A DNA stretch of 64,000 bases from Leptolyngbyaceae cyanobacterium. Its GTDB lineage: Bacteria; Cyanobacteriota; Cyanobacteriia; Phormidesmidales; Phormidesmidaceae. The DNA is taken from the NCBI GenBank assembly GCA_965263355.1, contig CBDHHL010000056.1, positions 224,001 to 288,000 on the forward strand. Reading direction: 5' to 3'. The notes beneath the pieces were generated by a model, which was given only the letters and a program-made list of their open reading frames with translations, was not told where the DNA came from and did not search any database. Positions 19,212-29,605 of this stretch are shown piece after piece. Position 1 is the stretch's first letter, and the number at the start of each line of letters is the position of its first letter. The translations under genes were made by a program, and so were the position numbers.

Positions 19212-20969
19212 TTAAAAGGCACGATAACTTAACGAAAAATGCACACCGGATTCCTGTAAAGAATCACCATCGGCATCCCCATTAATCAAGGGAATACCCC
19301 AATCCACACGCGCCGTGAGGCCATTGTCCGATTGCCACAGTAGACCCAGCCCAGTGGATAACAACGTATCCGGATCCGGATTGGCCCCACCTGAATTCCA
19401 ACCAAAGCCGCCTTCTAAAAAGGGCGTAATTTGTAATAAGGAACGCCGCGTGGGTGAACGATATAGCGGCAGTCGAAACTCCGCCGATGCCGATATCGCA
19501 TTATCCACCAGCAATAAGTCCTGACGATATCCCCTAATGCTACTGGCCCCCCCTAATCCAAATTGTTCCAGCGGTAACAACGGTGCATCCGCTAGCTGGG
19601 CATCGGTCTGGAAAATAAACAAGGTTTCAGGGGCTAGCAGCTGTAGCCACTGGCCCTGACCCCGCCATAGGAAAAACTCGCTATTAGGGCTTTCCGCAGA
19701 GGTGGCCCCCAATATGTCCAGCCCTACACTAAACTGAGAACGTGCCGCTAGTACACTTTTGGGTTGTTGTTTGACCCATTCCTGAAAAAAGCGCACTGCG
19801 TTTATCCGGCTACGCCCATCATCATCAGCACCTCGAGTGGGAAATCCAACCTCTTCACCAAAAAACTCTTCTAAAAAGATACTACGGGTACCCTGGCGCG
19901 AGGCAGTTAACCCCAACGCAAATTCCTCCGTCGGTGTTTTTTTCAACGGTTGTCGCCAGGTAAGCTCATAAAATGCGGCACCAGATTCAATTTCTAGGAT
20001 GTCAAACGGTTCTTCTTCCACCTCACTGCCGGTAAAGCCGACACTAACCCCAAGGGTGCCACCTTTGGGGTTTAAGAATGTGCGATATCTAGCCTCTATG
20101 GACGCCAGACCCCCGGCCCGGCCCAGACTGACATCCAGCCGTTCGCCGTTACCTAACAAATTGGCTTCTGTATAAGTGACTTCCTGTTGAACAGTACCGA
20201 CACTGGGAGAACGGGCATTATCAGTTTTTAGATCAAACCAATTACTATCGGCTTCTTCTACGGTGACGGTTAAAAGACTTTGTCCCTGTTGTGGCCCTGC
20301 CGCTAACTCCGCCGATACCCGTTGAATTAAGGGATCTAGCTGGAGTAACTGCAAACTTTCCAATAGCTGTTCGAGTTGTAACGGTGTGGTGACGGATTGC
20401 TCTAGCCGACGTCTGACATAGCCGGGGTTAAGTCGACCAGGACTGACCACCTCAATATCTTCTAGACTCCCCTCAATCACTTGAACGGTTAACGTTCCCC
20501 CATCCGCTAAAAACTCCTGTGGTGGGATGATTGCGGATGATGTGACATAACCGGCATCCGTATAATATTGGGTAACAGCTGATCTAATCTTAAATAGTTC
20601 AGTGAAGGAGAGTTCTACCGGCAGCTGTATACCTAAAAATGCTTGAACAGCATCAGCCAATTCGGCGTCTGTAAAGACGTTATTATCTTTAAACTCAAGT
20701 TGGTCAATCACCACTGTCTCTGGAATATCAGGCCCCGGTTCTGGTGCTGTAGGTATGGGCTGCGTTTCCAACAGCGTTTCCGGTGCAGGAATTTCCTCAA
20801 AAATCTCCGGTCTTTGGAAATCTTCCTCAGAAGGGGGCTCAATTGTCGGTGTAACAGGGTTTAAATTCGTTTCCTGGGCAGCCACGGATGTGGCCAAAAA
20901 TAACGCGCTAATGGGTAGCGCATAGAGGAAGAACCTCAAGGATTTAGACACTAACACACTAAAAAACAT
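19212..20969 (-). CDS. ShlB/FhaC/HecB family two-partner secretion transporter (TpsB)
   Basis: POTRA motif YTDAGYVTS, FGLGGASSIRGY, terminal aromatic residue; likely ATG at 20969 overlaps the TpsA stop. Confidence 0.9.
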   Translation of the reverse strand: MFFSVLVSKSLRFFLYALPISALFLATSVAAQETNLNPVTPTIEPPSEEDFQRPEIFEEIPAPETLLETQPIPTAPEPGPDIPETVVIDQLEFKDNNVFTDAELADAVQAFLGIQLPVELSFTELFKIRSAVTQYYTDAGYVTSSAIIPPQEFLADGGTLTVQVIEGSLEDIEVVSPGRLNPGYVRRRLEQSVTTPLQLEQLLESLQLLQLDPLIQRVSAELAAGPQQGQSLLTVTVEEADSNWFDLKTDNARSPSVGTVQQEVTYTEANLLGNGERLDVSLGRAGGLASIEARYRTFLNPKGGTLGVSVGFTGSEVEEEPFDILEIESGAAFYELTWRQPLKKTPTEEFALGLTASRQGTRSIFLEEFFGEEVGFPTRGADDDGRSRINAVRFFQEWVKQQPKSVLAARSQFSVGLDILGATSAESPNSEFFLWRGQGQWLQLLAPETLFIFQTDAQLADAPLLPLEQFGLGGASSIRGYRQDLLLVDNAISASAEFRLPLYRSPTRRSLLQITPFLEGGFGWNSGGANPDPDTLLSTGLGLLWQSDNGLTARVDWGIPLINGDADGDSLQESGVHFSLSYRAF

Positions 20970-23559
20970 CACAGCTGAATCCGGGGAACACCGATGACGA
21001 TGGCACACGCGTTGCCTGAGCCATTAAGACCACTTGCCCATCGCTACCATAGCGCCAGGTTTGGGCTTCAGTTGTCTCATTCACATCACTCTCTGCACTC
21101 TGAGCAGCACTCTGGGCAGCGTCTTCAGGGGGCTGCTCACGATTAGCCGCTGCCCAGGCCTCTGCCTGAGCCAGGTCGTCAGCAGCATCGTCTAAGGTGG
21201 CCAGCGTAGATGTGGATGCACTACTGCTAAGCTGCTCTTCCGGTGTCGCTGACAGCCCATCCCGCCCGGTCAGGGTGAGGTCACCAATATTTCGAGCAGC
21301 TTGCAAGTCCCCTGCAGCACAGCCCTGGGCAATTAGACGAGACGGGTCTACCAGGTCAGCGGGCAACAGCAGCGGATCCTGCAGTAGGGAATTTTCAAGA
21401 CTGCCGCCACTAACAGTACCGCCAGCGTTGATGCCTGATGCCGCTGAAATATCGTTGGACAGAGGCGAATCAAGTTGGCTACTAATCGCAATATTGCGTA
21501 GAAAAAGATCACTGCTCAGATTTATAGTCGCTTCTAGGTTGTTGCCTTGGGTTTGAGTAAGAATGTTAGAGTCTCTAGAGGGGGCAGCAATAATCTCAGG
21601 GAAGACATTAATATCAATCTCTCCACCCTGACCAAACTCTGTGCTGGTAGATATATTGCTCTCGTTAGCCAGCACCGTAAAAAAGGCATTGGATTCACTA
21701 TTACCAAATATATCAAGATTTCCACCACGCGCAGTGCCTGAAGCTACTGCAGAAATTCCGTCTATGAAATTACCATTCTCGTCAAAATCCCCAGCTCTAT
21801 TTAGGGCCACCAAATCAGCACCAATTATAATATCACCCGCTTCTCCAGTACTTTGGTTATTAACCGTCACCACACCGTTGTTGAGCACACCTACACGCCT
21901 AGCAAATAGAAAAATTGCACCATTTTGATCGTCATTATTAGGATCAACTTGAAAAGCAAAAGCATCCAAGGCAACAGCACTACTGATGGTACTATCAGAG
22001 CCCCTAACAACAACATCATTGTCAACAGAAATAATGACAACGCCAGCACTGCCAGTTGCTCCCTCTGAGGCATCACTAAAAATTGCACTGCCATTCTCAA
22101 CAAAGACATTGTCAGCAACTATAGATACAGCCCCCGCATTACCGTTGCTAGTTGTTGTGGTTGAGATAGATGCTTGATCATCAAGGACTACATCACCATT
22201 TGTTGTAATCAATATTGAACCAAAAAAATCCGTAGTTCCAGTGGGGTCAAGCAAGGCATTTATAAAGTTCCCACCTGTACCAGACAACGATAAACCTGTG
22301 CCATCGCCCAGAAGTTCAGTACTAATACCGGTACGTGCTCCACTGATCTCGACCCCCTGTAAGGCCGTTATAAAAATATTTCCGGGCTCTCCTACACCAG
22401 CGGGTAGAGGGGTCTGGGGATCATCACCTCTTACAAGCGCTTGCAGTTGAGCGTTATTACTCAATTTGAGATAGCCGGTTTCAATCGAAATAATGCCAAC
22501 GATTCCGTCAAAGATTCCACCCTCTTCAACCGTTGTAAATACAGTGGCGCTATTGTCTAAAGAAACAGTTCCGTCAATTCCTGTTGTTAATCTGACTAAT
22601 CCAGGTTCACCAACACCTTCGTTGAAGACAACAGATTGAACCTCTGTGCCATTATCTAAGGCAATTGATCCACCCTGAAGATTGATAATACCAGCTAAAC
22701 CTGTTTCGCCAGAATTTAGATTAGCTGCTACAATGCTGTCGCTTATAGAAAGAATGCTATCAGAACCTACAGGAATATCTTCACTGTCAGCATCTTCTAC
22801 CGTTAATATTCCAGAGGTAGGTGAGACTTCTAAAATCGTGCGTTCACCTGCAGATAGCGCCGCTAAGTGAATGGTGCCTTTGGGAGCTTGTAAAATCGCG
22901 CCTTCTAACGTAACGTCGCCTCCAATTAATGCCAGGGTATTATTCAGACTCATTTCGAGACCATCATCTCCAGCGACAAAGCCAGCAATCCCCGTATCTA
23001 CGACATTAATTGGACCACCGCCATTGGCAATCTCGAGGCTCATTGGCATGGAGGCTGTACCGCTAAAGTCTGTGGCAGACCCCGTTTCTAGTTGGGTGCC
23101 GTCTTCAAACAGCAGACTTCCGGCTGTACTACCTATAAAAGATCTGCCGATATCCAGTCTGGCATTCTCAGTAAACGTTAGACCGTTGGGGTTAATGATA
23201 AACAGGTTGACATCGCCTGCACTAAGGGTGCCATTAATGGTTGATACGTTGCCCCCAGTTACCCGTGAAATGATGTTTAGGATGCCTGCACCGCTGGTAA
23301 ATTCAGCTGTTTCACCATTGGGTAAACCAAACTCGCTAAAGCTGTGGAATAGATTGCTGTCCGAACGCAGACCACCGCCAATGGTGTAAGTATCCCCGAC
23401 AAGGGGAGACACTGTGGTGGGCAGGGAACCATCTGGAGCGATGCTTTGGGCTTGGGTTGTTGTTGGGAGGGTTGCGATCGCAACTCCCATAACCATACTG
23501 AACCAGCCAACATAAAAGCGCTTGATAGAAGCCATAACTTGAATTGCTGACGCTTGCAA
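20959..23559 (-). CDS. Filamentous haemagglutinin N-terminal (TPS) domain exoprotein (TpsA)
   Basis: NLFHSFSEF, NIISRVTGG, INPNG TPS domain; beta-helix repeats; IAQGC...TGRDGL...EAQTW C-terminus; start may be ATG 23535. Confidence 0.9.
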   Translation of the reverse strand: MQASAIQVMASIKRFYVGWFSMVMGVAIATLPTTTQAQSIAPDGSLPTTVSPLVGDTYTIGGGLRSDSNLFHSFSEFGLPNGETAEFTSGAGILNIISRVTGGNVSTINGTLSAGDVNLFIINPNGLTFTENARLDIGRSFIGSTAGSLLFEDGTQLETGSATDFSGTASMPMSLEIANGGGPINVVDTGIAGFVAGDDGLEMSLNNTLALIGGDVTLEGAILQAPKGTIHLAALSAGERTILEVSPTSGILTVEDADSEDIPVGSDSILSISDSIVAANLNSGETGLAGIINLQGGSIALDNGTEVQSVVFNEGVGEPGLVRLTTGIDGTVSLDNSATVFTTVEEGGIFDGIVGIISIETGYLKLSNNAQLQALVRGDDPQTPLPAGVGEPGNIFITALQGVEISGARTGISTELLGDGTGLSLSGTGGNFINALLDPTGTTDFFGSILITTNGDVVLDDQASISTTTTSNGNAGAVSIVADNVFVENGSAIFSDASEGATGSAGVVIISVDNDVVVRGSDSTISSAVALDAFAFQVDPNNDDQNGAIFLFARRVGVLNNGVVTVNNQSTGEAGDIIIGADLVALNRAGDFDENGNFIDGISAVASGTARGGNLDIFGNSESNAFFTVLANESNISTSTEFGQGGEIDINVFPEIIAAPSRDSNILTQTQGNNLEATINLSSDLFLRNIAISSQLDSPLSNDISAASGINAGGTVSGGSLENSLLQDPLLLPADLVDPSRLIAQGCAAGDLQAARNIGDLTLTGRDGLSATPEEQLSSSASTSTLATLDDAADDLAQAEAWAAANREQPPEDAAQSAAQSAESDVNETTEAQTWRYGSDGQVVLMAQATRVPSSSVFPGFSCDVF

Positions 23560-23953
23560 TGGGGGACAGATAATCGGAAGCGTTACCTTAATATTACGTA
23601 CGTGATTTTACTTAAGCAACCTTAGCAATACTCGTCTTGAAATGTGAACCCTACCTAAGCAGGTTAATCAAGGGGCTTGCACCTGTAGACTTGTCATTAT
23701 CGTTACACCTAACTTATGCCTGGCCCTACTTACCTCAAGCGTGTTTAAAGGGTAGGTCGTTTGCCCTAAGCATGTTAAAGGATGGACCGTAGACCTTCTT
23801 GGCTATTATCCGTACGTATAAAGTCTGGAGTGAAGGTTGAAACTAATCTAGATTTTTCAGGATTTTTGCCATTGGAGTTTGTGGCACTAGTAATGCAGTC
23901 GAACCTGGGGCAAAGCCCTAGTCATCTAATGCCATCTACAGTGCTTAAACGCC

Positions 23954-24223
23954 ATGACTACGCACAAAAGACTAATTCTAGGAACTCAAAAATTTGACAC
24001 GTCCAAACCACTTAATACAGAAACGCTAATCACTAGCCCATCGAATCGTGATTGGGATAGTTTGGTGGGACTATTGCTTATGTTAAGTCTGACAGGGCTA
24101 GCAGCGGTTTCCATGGTTGTTGATATCTCGGTTGTGAGACAAGCGTTCAGAACAATCCCTCCATCTCCCCAGGAAAGTCAACAGCAAATAGCTGGGCAAT
24201 CAACTATGGATAGCTTTCAGTAA
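23954..24223 (+). CDS. Small hypothetical membrane protein
   Basis: 89 aa ORF with one hydrophobic helix; no family recognised. Confidence 0.35.
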   Translation: MTTHKRLILGTQKFDTSKPLNTETLITSPSNRDWDSLVGLLLMLSLTGLAAVSMVVDISVVRQAFRTIPPSPQESQQQIAGQSTMDSFQ

Positions 24224-24433
24224 GCTTAGGAGAGCCCAACTTGCTGTTCGAAATTTAGGATCTAAAACTCGCTTATTCCTTAATATCGTCTTAGGATTTT
24301 TTTGATGTCTGATATGCCACTTCAAAATGCGGATGTAGGTATCAGGATTTATCTGAAAACGATTGTTGCCATCTTCAGTTCAGACTCCAATCTATATGAA
24401 TGGATGCCTAAACCAAGGAATTTGTTTGAAATT

Positions 24434-24793
24434 ATGACTATGCTCAACCAAGAATTGTCCGGTGATAATTACTCCGTTGCCTATGATGCTGACACAGTCA
24501 CTGTCAAATTCAGGGGACAGTTAGTGCTTAGGGGATATGCGGAATATGCACCGATTATGCAGTTGCTAATGGAAATCGCAGCAACTGAACCTACAGTCAT
24601 GACCTTGGATTTGAGGGACGTTATATTTCTCAATAGTTCAGGAATTAATATGTTTTCGAAATTTTTGTTGAGTTTACGAAATCAAGAAAATACTCAATTG
24701 GTAGTAATAGGTACAGCAGAGATCCCCTGGCAAAGTAAATCCCTCAAGAATATGCCTAAGCTGCTATCAAGGATTCAGCTAAGGCTCGACTAG
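24434..24793 (+). CDS. slr1659-type STAS/anti-anti-sigma-like regulator
   Basis: EYAPI, LDLRDVIFLNSSGINMFSKF, IPWQSKSLKN; ATG 24434 preceded by AAGGAA. Confidence 0.75.
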   Translation: MTMLNQELSGDNYSVAYDADTVTVKFRGQLVLRGYAEYAPIMQLLMEIAATEPTVMTLDLRDVIFLNSSGINMFSKFLLSLRNQENTQLVVIGTAEIPWQSKSLKNMPKLLSRIQLRLD

Positions 24794-25277
24794 GGTAGCT
24801 AATCGTTTTGAAAGCCCCAGCTATACATCCAATTAACGTTATTTCTAAACTAACATTTTGAATTTCTTAGAGAGACTGACCCGATTACTTTCTCGCAAAA
24901 CTCATATTTCACTGGCGTCCCAGCCATAATCACAGAAAGTGGGTTAGCCTAATCATTCATAAGCTAGAGAATCAGATATTTAACTTCCTCGTACAGTCCC
25001 CCAAAACCCTAACTTAGAGGCTTTGAATCTAGTTTCCCCCTAGAATTGGGTCCAGAATTGGGAAACTCCCAGTATGCCGCCTAAATTGAGAGCATGCAGA
25101 TGTTTTCCATAAAAGGGGGGCTCAATACCCGAAGCATAATTATGGCAATCTACTTATTAAATTTATAAATATTCAGAAAAAAAGTAAGAACCTTAAATTA
25201 TTCTAAGGTATGAGACATCTTTTTTGTAAGATTTTCTCCACTAAGAACTAATCATTGTTGCTTCTGGGAGTGCCGAA

Positions 25278-27551
25278 ATGCCTTTTCAGCTGTCTCGGCC
25301 TGATAGCTTGGCCTTGTCCGATAGTGGGTCGATTACAGACTTGTTGACTCCACCGATTCATACTATTGCTAATCATCTAGCAACGTTAAAGCAGTTTAAT
25401 CTTGAGCCCATCTTAGAGACAGTTCTTCAAGCGAGTGATTTCCCAAGAAATCACTCTGTAGATGGCGTTCGCTCAGATTTTAAGCCATCATTAAACCCAT
25501 TGAATTCAGTGGATTGGGCCGAGCCAGATAATGATTTTCTAAATAATTTGCCTTTAGACGGACAGCTAGTTGGCAAATACAGTTTTGAAAATTTGAGAGA
25601 GTCTTCTCGACTTTCAAGCCGGGGTTTATTTGACGATTTATTTAAACGAACGGTTTCAACCTTTGACTTAACTGCTGACTTAACTGATCAAGACAGTTTT
25701 TATAGATTGCCTTATCCCTTCGATTTACGTTTAGACGAAGCAGGCTTTCCAGAGTTGACAGGCTTTCCTATTTGGGATTTGAACCCAGTTATTAATGACT
25801 TAAAGGAGATTGCAGATGATCGAGCTGGTTTCTCTACAGTTTCTGCAGGGTATTTCCAATTCAATCGTCCCCTTGCGGTTCTAGAACCCGATGAGATTAT
25901 CCCAGCTGATTTACAATCCTCTGTATTATTGATGGATGTTGATCCAAATTCTCCCGAGCGTGGCAAACTCTATCCAACCATTGCGTCTACGCCGTTGTCG
26001 GATTTAAATTATGTACCTGATTTTCTACTGGCAGTGGGACCTGCCCCCGGCATTGTTTTGCACCCAAATCGGCAATACGCCTATGTTGTTCAGACGTCTC
26101 TTCAAGATATATTTGGACGTGATATAGGTACAGCTAAAACCCTGCAGCGGTTATTGGCTGATAGTCTGCCTCAAAACCCTGTAGAAGCTAATGCCTATGA
26201 GATATATCAACCTTTGAGGGAGACCTTGCAACTGCTTGGTTTGTCTAGTCGTGATGTGGCAACAGCGACTGTGTTTACGACGGGTGATCCGGTGGGTGAA
26301 ACCGCACGTCTTTCGCAACAGGTGGTTGATAGCTATGATCTGACGATTGAAAATCTGCATTTAGATGCCGATGATGGAGCCACCCATGAACGGTTTTGGG
26401 AGTTTCACGCCACGATTGAGTTTCCTCAGTTTCAGCAAGGGGCACCCCCTTTCTTTTCTGAGGGATTGTTTGAGTTTACGCCAGATGGTCAGCTGATAGA
26501 GCAGCGTCAGGAAAGTGTTCCAGTGGTGATTACCATTCCCAAAGATCAGGGTATTCCTGAAAATGGTTTTCCGCTAATGATTTATGAGCATGGCTCTAAT
26601 GGGTTGAGTACACAGGTTGTTGACCGGGGACCAATTTTAGAACCTGATGGAGAGAACGTAAAAGGGTTAGGTCCAGCCCATGTTGTTGCTGAATATGGGA
26701 TTGCGACGGTGAGTAGTGCCCTGCCCCTCAACCCGGAACGTTCCCCCCTCGATATTCCCGATGCTTATCTCAATTTTGCTAACCTGGCAGCGTATCGAGA
26801 TACTCTTCGACAGGGGGTGTTCGAGCAACGGCTCTTGTTAGAAGCTCTGGAAGATTTTGAGATTCCATCCAGTCTAATCCCTGGGATTGATAGCAATGTT
26901 AGTCTTGAAACATCTTCAGTAGCGGTTTTGGGACAATCCTTAGGGGCTCAGTTTGCCAACATGTTGGGAGCGATAGACCCGAATGTTGATGTTGTTATTC
27001 CTACGGGGTCACCGGGACTTTGGCCCTTACTGATTTCAGAGACAGATCAATCAGAGGCAGTGGGCTTATTCTTGGGCACAGTACAATCTCTTGACCTATT
27101 ACATCCAGGATTGCAGTTATTAGAATCTGCCTGGGAAGTTGTTGATCCGATTGTTTATGCCCCTTATCTGGCGCAGCGTCCCCTAGCGGGACATCCGGTC
27201 CGGTCTGTCTATATGCCTGTGGGAGAAGCCGATACAGAAGTGCCTGAAGCAGTCTTTAATGCCATGGCATTAGCCACTGGACTTAACCAGGCAGGGCCTA
27301 TTTTTTGGTCTGAAATGCAGGACTCTCTCTCTCTTGATGGGTTAGGGGGGGTTGCGTCTTATCCAGTGGCGAATAATTTAGTTTCTGACGATGGTAGATC
27401 GTACACAGGGGCTGTTGTGCAGTATCAAGGTGATAGCATTGCCGATTCCCATACGATTTTCTCTCAGCTGGACGAGGTGAAATTCCAATATGCTAATTTC
27501 TTGAATACCTTCTTTGAAGACGGTGTAGCTCAGATTCTGGAGCCAGAATAG
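25278..27551 (+). CDS. Large alpha/beta-hydrolase (lipase-like) with N-terminal Ig-like region
   Basis: IYEHG oxyanion region, GQSLG nucleophile elbow, candidate Asp (DTEVP) and His (DSHT). Confidence 0.65.
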   Translation: MPFQLSRPDSLALSDSGSITDLLTPPIHTIANHLATLKQFNLEPILETVLQASDFPRNHSVDGVRSDFKPSLNPLNSVDWAEPDNDFLNNLPLDGQLVGKYSFENLRESSRLSSRGLFDDLFKRTVSTFDLTADLTDQDSFYRLPYPFDLRLDEAGFPELTGFPIWDLNPVINDLKEIADDRAGFSTVSAGYFQFNRPLAVLEPDEIIPADLQSSVLLMDVDPNSPERGKLYPTIASTPLSDLNYVPDFLLAVGPAPGIVLHPNRQYAYVVQTSLQDIFGRDIGTAKTLQRLLADSLPQNPVEANAYEIYQPLRETLQLLGLSSRDVATATVFTTGDPVGETARLSQQVVDSYDLTIENLHLDADDGATHERFWEFHATIEFPQFQQGAPPFFSEGLFEFTPDGQLIEQRQESVPVVITIPKDQGIPENGFPLMIYEHGSNGLSTQVVDRGPILEPDGENVKGLGPAHVVAEYGIATVSSALPLNPERSPLDIPDAYLNFANLAAYRDTLRQGVFEQRLLLEALEDFEIPSSLIPGIDSNVSLETSSVAVLGQSLGAQFANMLGAIDPNVDVVIPTGSPGLWPLLISETDQSEAVGLFLGTVQSLDLLHPGLQLLESAWEVVDPIVYAPYLAQRPLAGHPVRSVYMPVGEADTEVPEAVFNAMALATGLNQAGPIFWSEMQDSLSLDGLGGVASYPVANNLVSDDGRSYTGAVVQYQGDSIADSHTIFSQLDEVKFQYANFLNTFFEDGVAQILEPE

Positions 27552-27695
27552 TTTTTCGATAATACCAAGTTACCTCTTTTACCTTAAAGTTTAAACTTGA
27601 CGTTGGAATGAGTTATATGCCTTAGGCAACTCATAGAAACCATTGAAATGTTGCTTGAAAAATTCCTCTGTAACCCAAGATCTAGCACAATCAAA

Positions 27696-27732
27696 AAGAG
27701 TCTCCTTTAGAGCAGCTCCAAGGGAGACTCTT
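27696..27732 (-). terminator. Rho-independent terminator
   Basis: AAGAGTCTCCTT...AGGGAGACTCTT hairpin with a T-run on the minus strand. Confidence 0.65.
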
Positions 27733-27752
27733 CTTAAGAGATGATTACTTCA

Positions 27753-28787
27753 CTAAATCATATCAATCAACTGATTGATTTTGAAGGAAGCACCCGAGAA
27801 TTGGAATCTTTCTACATCTACAAAGGACATAGTAACGCCATCGACCGTAACATCAATGGCATTGCTAGCACTACTGCCTAACTCAACATCACCATTTAAT
27901 TCAAAGTCAAAAACAGCCATATCTTTTTTACCAGATCCACCATTAATAATCTGGTCACCAAAGGCAAAGATAGTGTCGTTGCCAGCACCTAAATAAAGAG
28001 TGCCACCACCAGTTAGACCGCTTTGAGCCCGAACAACATCATTACCAGAGCCCATGTCAATGGTACCGCGATTGTCAAGCCCAAAACCATCACCACTAAC
28101 TTCACCAGTTAGATCATCTTTGCCGCCGCCCATGTCAATGGTGCCGGTATTGAGCAGACCAGTTCCGTTACCCTTAACTTCGCCAAAGATCCAGTCTCTA
28201 CCAGAAGCTGTCTTCAGCGAACCGCTATTATTGATACCAATATTGTTAATGCCACCACTTTTGACAATGGCTTCCCCTAAAATCCAGTCATCACCGCTTC
28301 CAGTGGATACCTCATTGCGGTTCCGGATACCAACATTTCTATTACCGCTACCATTCTTGATCTCAACTTCTCCGAACACAATATCGTGCTGAGCACCAGT
28401 CTCAATTAAGCCATTGTTGTCCAGAGCAATGTTCCTATTCCCTCCACCCTGGAGGGCAATATTTCCTCTAACCTGATCACTACCACGATCTGTTTTGAGC
28501 GTGCCAGTATTGTTAATACCGATGTTCCTATTGCTACCACTGCCCCTGACAGTAGCCAGAACTAAATCGCCACCTTTTCCTGTATCAACACTGCCTCGAT
28601 TATTTACTGCTGTACCATTGCTAACCTCACCTTCGATAATGTCATCACCTTTGCGGGTTTCAGCCACGACATCAGGAGCAATAGTAATACCATCCTTTAA
28701 GTCAATGGCAAAGTCATGAATGTTACTCCACTGAGTCAGGATATCGCCACCTTTCTCAGCACCTGTGTTTGTAATATTAGTCGACAT
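27753..28787 (-). CDS. Gly/Asn-rich RTX-like repeat protein, paralogue of the ExeM C-terminal domain
   Basis: GxGxD repeats; shares DFAIDL, GAGND, MSFVDVERF.F.G.SFKINQLI with the 1488-aa protein. Confidence 0.8.
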   Translation of the reverse strand: MSTNITNTGAEKGGDILTQWSNIHDFAIDLKDGITIAPDVVAETRKGDDIIEGEVSNGTAVNNRGSVDTGKGGDLVLATVRGSGSNRNIGINNTGTLKTDRGSDQVRGNIALQGGGNRNIALDNNGLIETGAQHDIVFGEVEIKNGSGNRNVGIRNRNEVSTGSGDDWILGEAIVKSGGINNIGINNSGSLKTASGRDWIFGEVKGNGTGLLNTGTIDMGGGKDDLTGEVSGDGFGLDNRGTIDMGSGNDVVRAQSGLTGGGTLYLGAGNDTIFAFGDQIINGGSGKKDMAVFDFELNGDVELGSSASNAIDVTVDGVTMSFVDVERFQFSGASFKINQLIDMI

Positions 28788-29231
28788 GGTTATAAGTTAA
28801 AACATCTGTTATAGTTCTTCACTGAAATTGGAAATTGACATTCTCAGCGAATATCAATTTAGTAGAATCAGTGCTGGCAACCAAACCTTTCAGCAGAAAC
28901 ATTAACTACAGAGAACTATTGCTGAGAAGTCTCATGAGCCGAATTGCAAGTGTGCTAACCGTAAGCCACTGCAATCAGCAAGTTCATTTGACACTCCTAA
29001 TACCTGCCTATCTGAGCTGTTCCATCGTTTTGACAATTTCTACCAGGCTTATGTCCCCCTGATTACCTTAGATTTAATTTAACAGAGCAATTTAATGCCA
29101 TTTCCAAAATCCTTGATCGCTTTACGATGCTTTTATTCTTTTTAAGAAGCTCTTGACGCAAAATTATTAATGCTACATTTTTGTGATATAAATTCACTGT
29201 AAGCGTATTGCCAGTTTTGAAGATGGGTACG

Positions 29232-29430
29232 GAGATTGTCTATGTGGATGAAATGGGTATGGACATCGAGATGAGTATGCCCATGGTTACAGCCCCAAGA
29301 GAGAGCGGTTCCATGCGTTCAAGTCTAGTCTTCGGAATGATCGAGTGAATACAATTACTGCATTGTGCAATCGTCAATTATTAGCCTCATTCACAGTCAA
29401 AGGTATTTGTAATCAAACCATCTTCGAACC
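29232..29430 (+). mobile_element. IS630/ISY100-like transposase fragment (frameshifted)
   Basis: EIVYVDEMGMD, frameshift, then RDEYAHGYSPKRERFHAFKS...RVNTITAL...ASFTVKGICNQTIFE. Confidence 0.75.
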
Positions 29431-29544
29431 AGGCTTTACTTCTTCTATTGAAAGGAAGCTCAGTGTCTAAAGCATAATTGGGATAACCTACTTGAGGTAA
29501 TTCAAGTACTTCAGTCCAGCACAGGTTTGGTGAGATTAACAAAA

Positions 29545-29574
29545 ATCCCTCCTAGTGAAAAAACTAGGAGGGAT
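29545..29574 (-). terminator. Rho-independent terminator of the exeM-like gene
   Basis: ATCCCTCCTAGT-gaaaaa-ACTAGGAGGGAT perfect hairpin with a T-run on the minus strand. Confidence 0.75.
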
Positions 29575-29605
29575 GCTCGGGGTATTTACTCAATGAGTAT
29601 TAACC

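Noticed and set aside
20959..23559. CDI toxin system (CdiA/CdiI)
   Set aside because: TpsA is short, with no VENN/pre-toxin or nuclease C-terminus and no immunity gene
24302..24433. N-terminal extension of the slr1659-like ORF
   Set aside because: Family similarity and a plausible RBS point to ATG 24434
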